Assembly (NCBI GenBank): GCA_002328295.1
Contig: DCXE01000045.1
Coordinates: 3,349 to 36,465, forward strand
DNA: 33,117 bases
Direction: 5' to 3'
DNA from: Candidatus Peribacter sp. UBA2144
GTDB lineage: Bacteria; Patescibacteriota; Gracilibacteria; Peribacterales; Peribacteraceae
The notes beneath the pieces were generated by a model, which ran no database searches, had not been told where the DNA came from, and was given only the letters and a program-made list of their open reading frames with translations. Numbering within the stretch: the first letter of the stretch is position 1; the number at the start of each line of letters is the position of its first letter. Below, one piece after another: positions 31,312 to 33,117 of this stretch. The translations under genes were made by a program, and so were the position numbers.

Positions 31312-32148
31312 GTGCCAGAGTTTCTTCCCGATCCGGAAGTTCAAAAACAAAACAAGATAAACCGTCGTCGATTTATAAAGGCAGCAACTGCAGTTGTAAT
31401 ATACGATTTGTTGCAAAGCGAATATCAGGAGCCTGTGCCTATGCCAAGAATTACATTGCCTGAATTTAAGGAAATAGTTCGCTATGAACTTCCAGGGGTT
31501 AATGTAACCGAAGAGGTAGCACCGCCGAATGTAACAGGAGATGGAATTGGAGAATGGAGCATACCCGAAACAACTTTGTCGGTTATCAGAAGATTATTCC
31601 AGGAAAAACCGCAAGATGTTGTAGCAGATTCAACTGAATGGGTATCCGGATTTCAGGAGCCATTACAGCAAGAAGATGTTAAACCTGCATACGAACCTGT
31701 ATATGAACCTGCATACGAATCTGCATACGAACCTGCGGAGCCGAGCCAAAAATATACTTGCTCCAAAAAAACGCGCAATTCTTGCGATGGACTTAATCCA
31801 AAAGGATACCCAATGTATGTATTAAATACCTTGCCGGAAGATGCTTCCATGCGTGGGTTTATAGATTGGCACCAAAGGGCTGCTCTTAAATTGGACGACC
31901 AATTATACTTCGTCGTTGATGGAAGCCAGGGAACCATATGGAATGGGACACTTGGGTCCTATGTACTCACCAAGAATGAGGGAAGAATGAGGCGCACCCC
32001 ATTCGCATCTATAGCCAGATTCAAGCAAGCCAAATGGGACATTGGCCCCTCTCGCATAGCCCAAGTACTCATGAACGCAGTATCCGAAGAAGAGATGCAA
32101 TCTATGGATGTAAGGCAAAATGAGATAGGTTATCATAATTACGCTTAA
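31312..32148 (+). CDS. hypothetical protein with a Tat-like N-terminal motif and PAYE tandem repeats (GTG start)
   Basis: NRRRFIKAATAVVIY resembles the twin-arginine consensus. The C-terminal ~130 aa have no recognisable domain. Confidence 0.55.
   Translation: MPEFLPDPEVQKQNKINRRRFIKAATAVVIYDLLQSEYQEPVPMPRITLPEFKEIVRYELPGVNVTEEVAPPNVTGDGIGEWSIPETTLSVIRRLFQEKPQDVVADSTEWVSGFQEPLQQEDVKPAYEPVYEPAYESAYEPAEPSQKYTCSKKTRNSCDGLNPKGYPMYVLNTLPEDASMRGFIDWHQRAALKLDDQLYFVVDGSQGTIWNGTLGSYVLTKNEGRMRRTPFASIARFKQAKWDIGPSRIAQVLMNAVSEEEMQSMDVRQNEIGYHNYA
31684..31743 (+). repeat. coding 12-nt tandem repeat (cctgcatacgaa x ~4.5) giving PAYE-PVYE-PAYE-SAYE-PAEP
   Basis: Units lie at 31684, 31696, 31708 and 31720, with a partial unit at 31732. 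Confidence 0.85.
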
Positions 32149-32221
32149 TTCTTGACACCAACTAAATCAATACTGGAATCCAGTATTCTTCTTAAACCCT
32201 CCTTCGTAAAAGTAAGCAAGA

Positions 32222-32230
32222 TGCTATACT
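32222..32230 (+). promoter_or_regulatory. extended -10 TGcTATACT, 8 nt upstream of ATG 32239
   Basis: gatgctatactaacaccccATG. Confidence 0.5.
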
Positions 32231-32238
32231 AACACCCC

Positions 32239-32988
32239 ATGCGCACTCCCGAAGAACTTGCCATAGCCTACAAAGAGCATCAAGAAGCTGATGTGCATGG
32301 ACTTTGGATAGGATCATATATCCAAGACATTGTTTACGGAGGTAATGATGGAATCGTTACAACTTTTGCAGTAGTTGCAGGAACAATGGGAGCAGACCTT
32401 CCGCATTACATAATAATCATTCTGGGACTTGCTAACCTCTTGGCTGACGGAACTTCTATGGGAACTGGCGCATACCTTTCCAAGAGATCCGAACGTGATA
32501 ATTACGAGAGGCTGAGAAAAGAGGAGCTTGAAGAAATTGAAATTGATCCGGAAATTGAAGCGGAGGAAGTTCGGCAAATGTATAGAAAGAAAGGTTTTGA
32601 AGGAAAAGATCTTGAGCGTGCAGTTGAAATAATTACGGCTGACAAAGATCGTTGGGCAGAAGTTATGCTTCATGAAGAACATCACATGACAAAAGAAGCA
32701 TCCGAGAAACCCGTCGTTCACGGATTGCTGACATTTATATCATTCGCAATCTTCGGGGCCATTCCTCTAATCCCCTATTTTATTATCACAAGTGCAGACT
32801 CGCGCTTTCCGGTCGCTATTGTTTCCACTTTCTTTGCATTGGTGCTTTTGGGAGTTGCTAAGAGCAAAATAATGCGTGAGAAGATTTTCCGCGGTCCACT
32901 CGAGATTGTAAGCGTTGGGGCCCTTGGAGCATTTGTGGCTTATGGAGTGGGAGTATTTCTCAAGAGCTTGGTGGGAGTCGCTATGTAG
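32239..32988 (+). CDS. VIT1/CCC1-family iron/manganese transporter
   Basis: [19 protein letters not shown] motif, a central acidic cytosolic helix bundle ([16 protein letters not shown]), and C-terminal TM helices. Confidence 0.88.
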   Translation: MRTPEELAIAYKEHQEADVHGLWIGSYIQDIVYGGNDGIVTTFAVVAGTMGADLPHYIIIILGLANLLADGTSMGTGAYLSKRSERDNYERLRKEELEEIEIDPEIEAEEVRQMYRKKGFEGKDLERAVEIITADKDRWAEVMLHEEHHMTKEASEKPVVHGLLTFISFAIFGAIPLIPYFIITSADSRFPVAIVSTFFALVLLGVAKSKIMREKIFRGPLEIVSVGALGAFVAYGVGVFLKSLVGVAM

Positions 32989-33002
32989 AGGAAACAGATA
33001 AA

Positions 33003-33078
33003 TACTGTCATCCTGAGCTCTGTCGAAGGATGACAGTGTACGTTGTGTCATGGTTCGACAGAGCTCACCATGACACAT
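33003..33078. repeat. REP/MITE-like double hairpin, second copy of the 14115-14178 element
   Basis: ctgtcatcc-tgagctctgtcgaa-ggatgacag (33005-33036) and tgtgtcatggt-tcgacagagctc-accatgacaca (33044-33077). Each core differs by 1 nt from the 14.1 kb copy. Confidence 0.85.
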
Positions 33079-33117
33079 AAATCCTCTGAATCTTCTGCTT
33101 CCTCTGCCTCCTCTGCT
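33079..33117. repeat. word repeat cctctg / cttctg family (same family as 24085-24121), truncated by the window end
   Basis: aatcctctgaatcttctgcttcctctgcctcctctgct. Confidence 0.7.

Noticed and set aside
1408-33117. Whether the word-repeat arrays are CRISPR arrays.
   Set aside because: The units are only 7-10 nt long, directly abutting and degenerate, with no unique spacers of 25-40 nt. No cas genes are present in the window.

Overview
Low-GC (about 40% in hand-sampled lines) bacterial chromosomal segment. The very divergent 16S and the gene content suggest a Candidate Phyla Radiation / Patescibacteria-type organism, possibly Peregrinibacteria-like; this placement is inference. Standard genetic code: TGA is used as a stop.

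Gene content in order:
- The 3' 1.25 kb of a 16S rRNA gene, with no linked tRNA or 23S.
- A polysaccharide deacetylase, a short SufD-like gene and sufB. Three small plus-strand ORFs sit between the two suf genes.
- A HlyD adaptor, an ABC ATPase and two paralogous MacB/FtsX-type permeases, followed by a 56-codon acidic Cys-containing ORF and a terminator.
- A 2-TM protein, then a soluble VirD4/TraG/TraD-like P-loop ATPase.
- Three tandem, diverged ~560-aa cysteine-rich paralogs with zinc-ribbon termini. This is the most interesting coding content.
- A PPC/DUF296 protein, a SIMPL protein, sufC (no canonical start codon), family-4 UDG, a small membrane protein and pheS.
- A ~1.8 kb high-GC (about 55-58%) island encoding a planctomycete-style dockerin-repeat protein.
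- pyrE, rsmG (with an in-frame palindromic-element insertion), rlmE, a four-helix-bundle (23S-IVS family) gene flanked by inverted repeats, ftsE-like, a membrane protein, purM, a Tat-like repeat protein and a VIT1/CCC1 transporter.

Non-coding structure is unusually rich:
- Almost every intergenic spacer is filled with 'word-like' 7-10 nt tandem repeats arranged as inverted arms. These belong to dispersed families.
- GC-rich REP/MITE-like double hairpins recur.
- A 166-nt rod-like structured element lies upstream of sufB.
- TATAAT/TATACT boxes sit only 6-13 nt upstream of many start codons with no Shine-Dalgarno. Together with a CUUCC anti-SD variant in the 16S tail, this suggests leaderless or near-leaderless expression.
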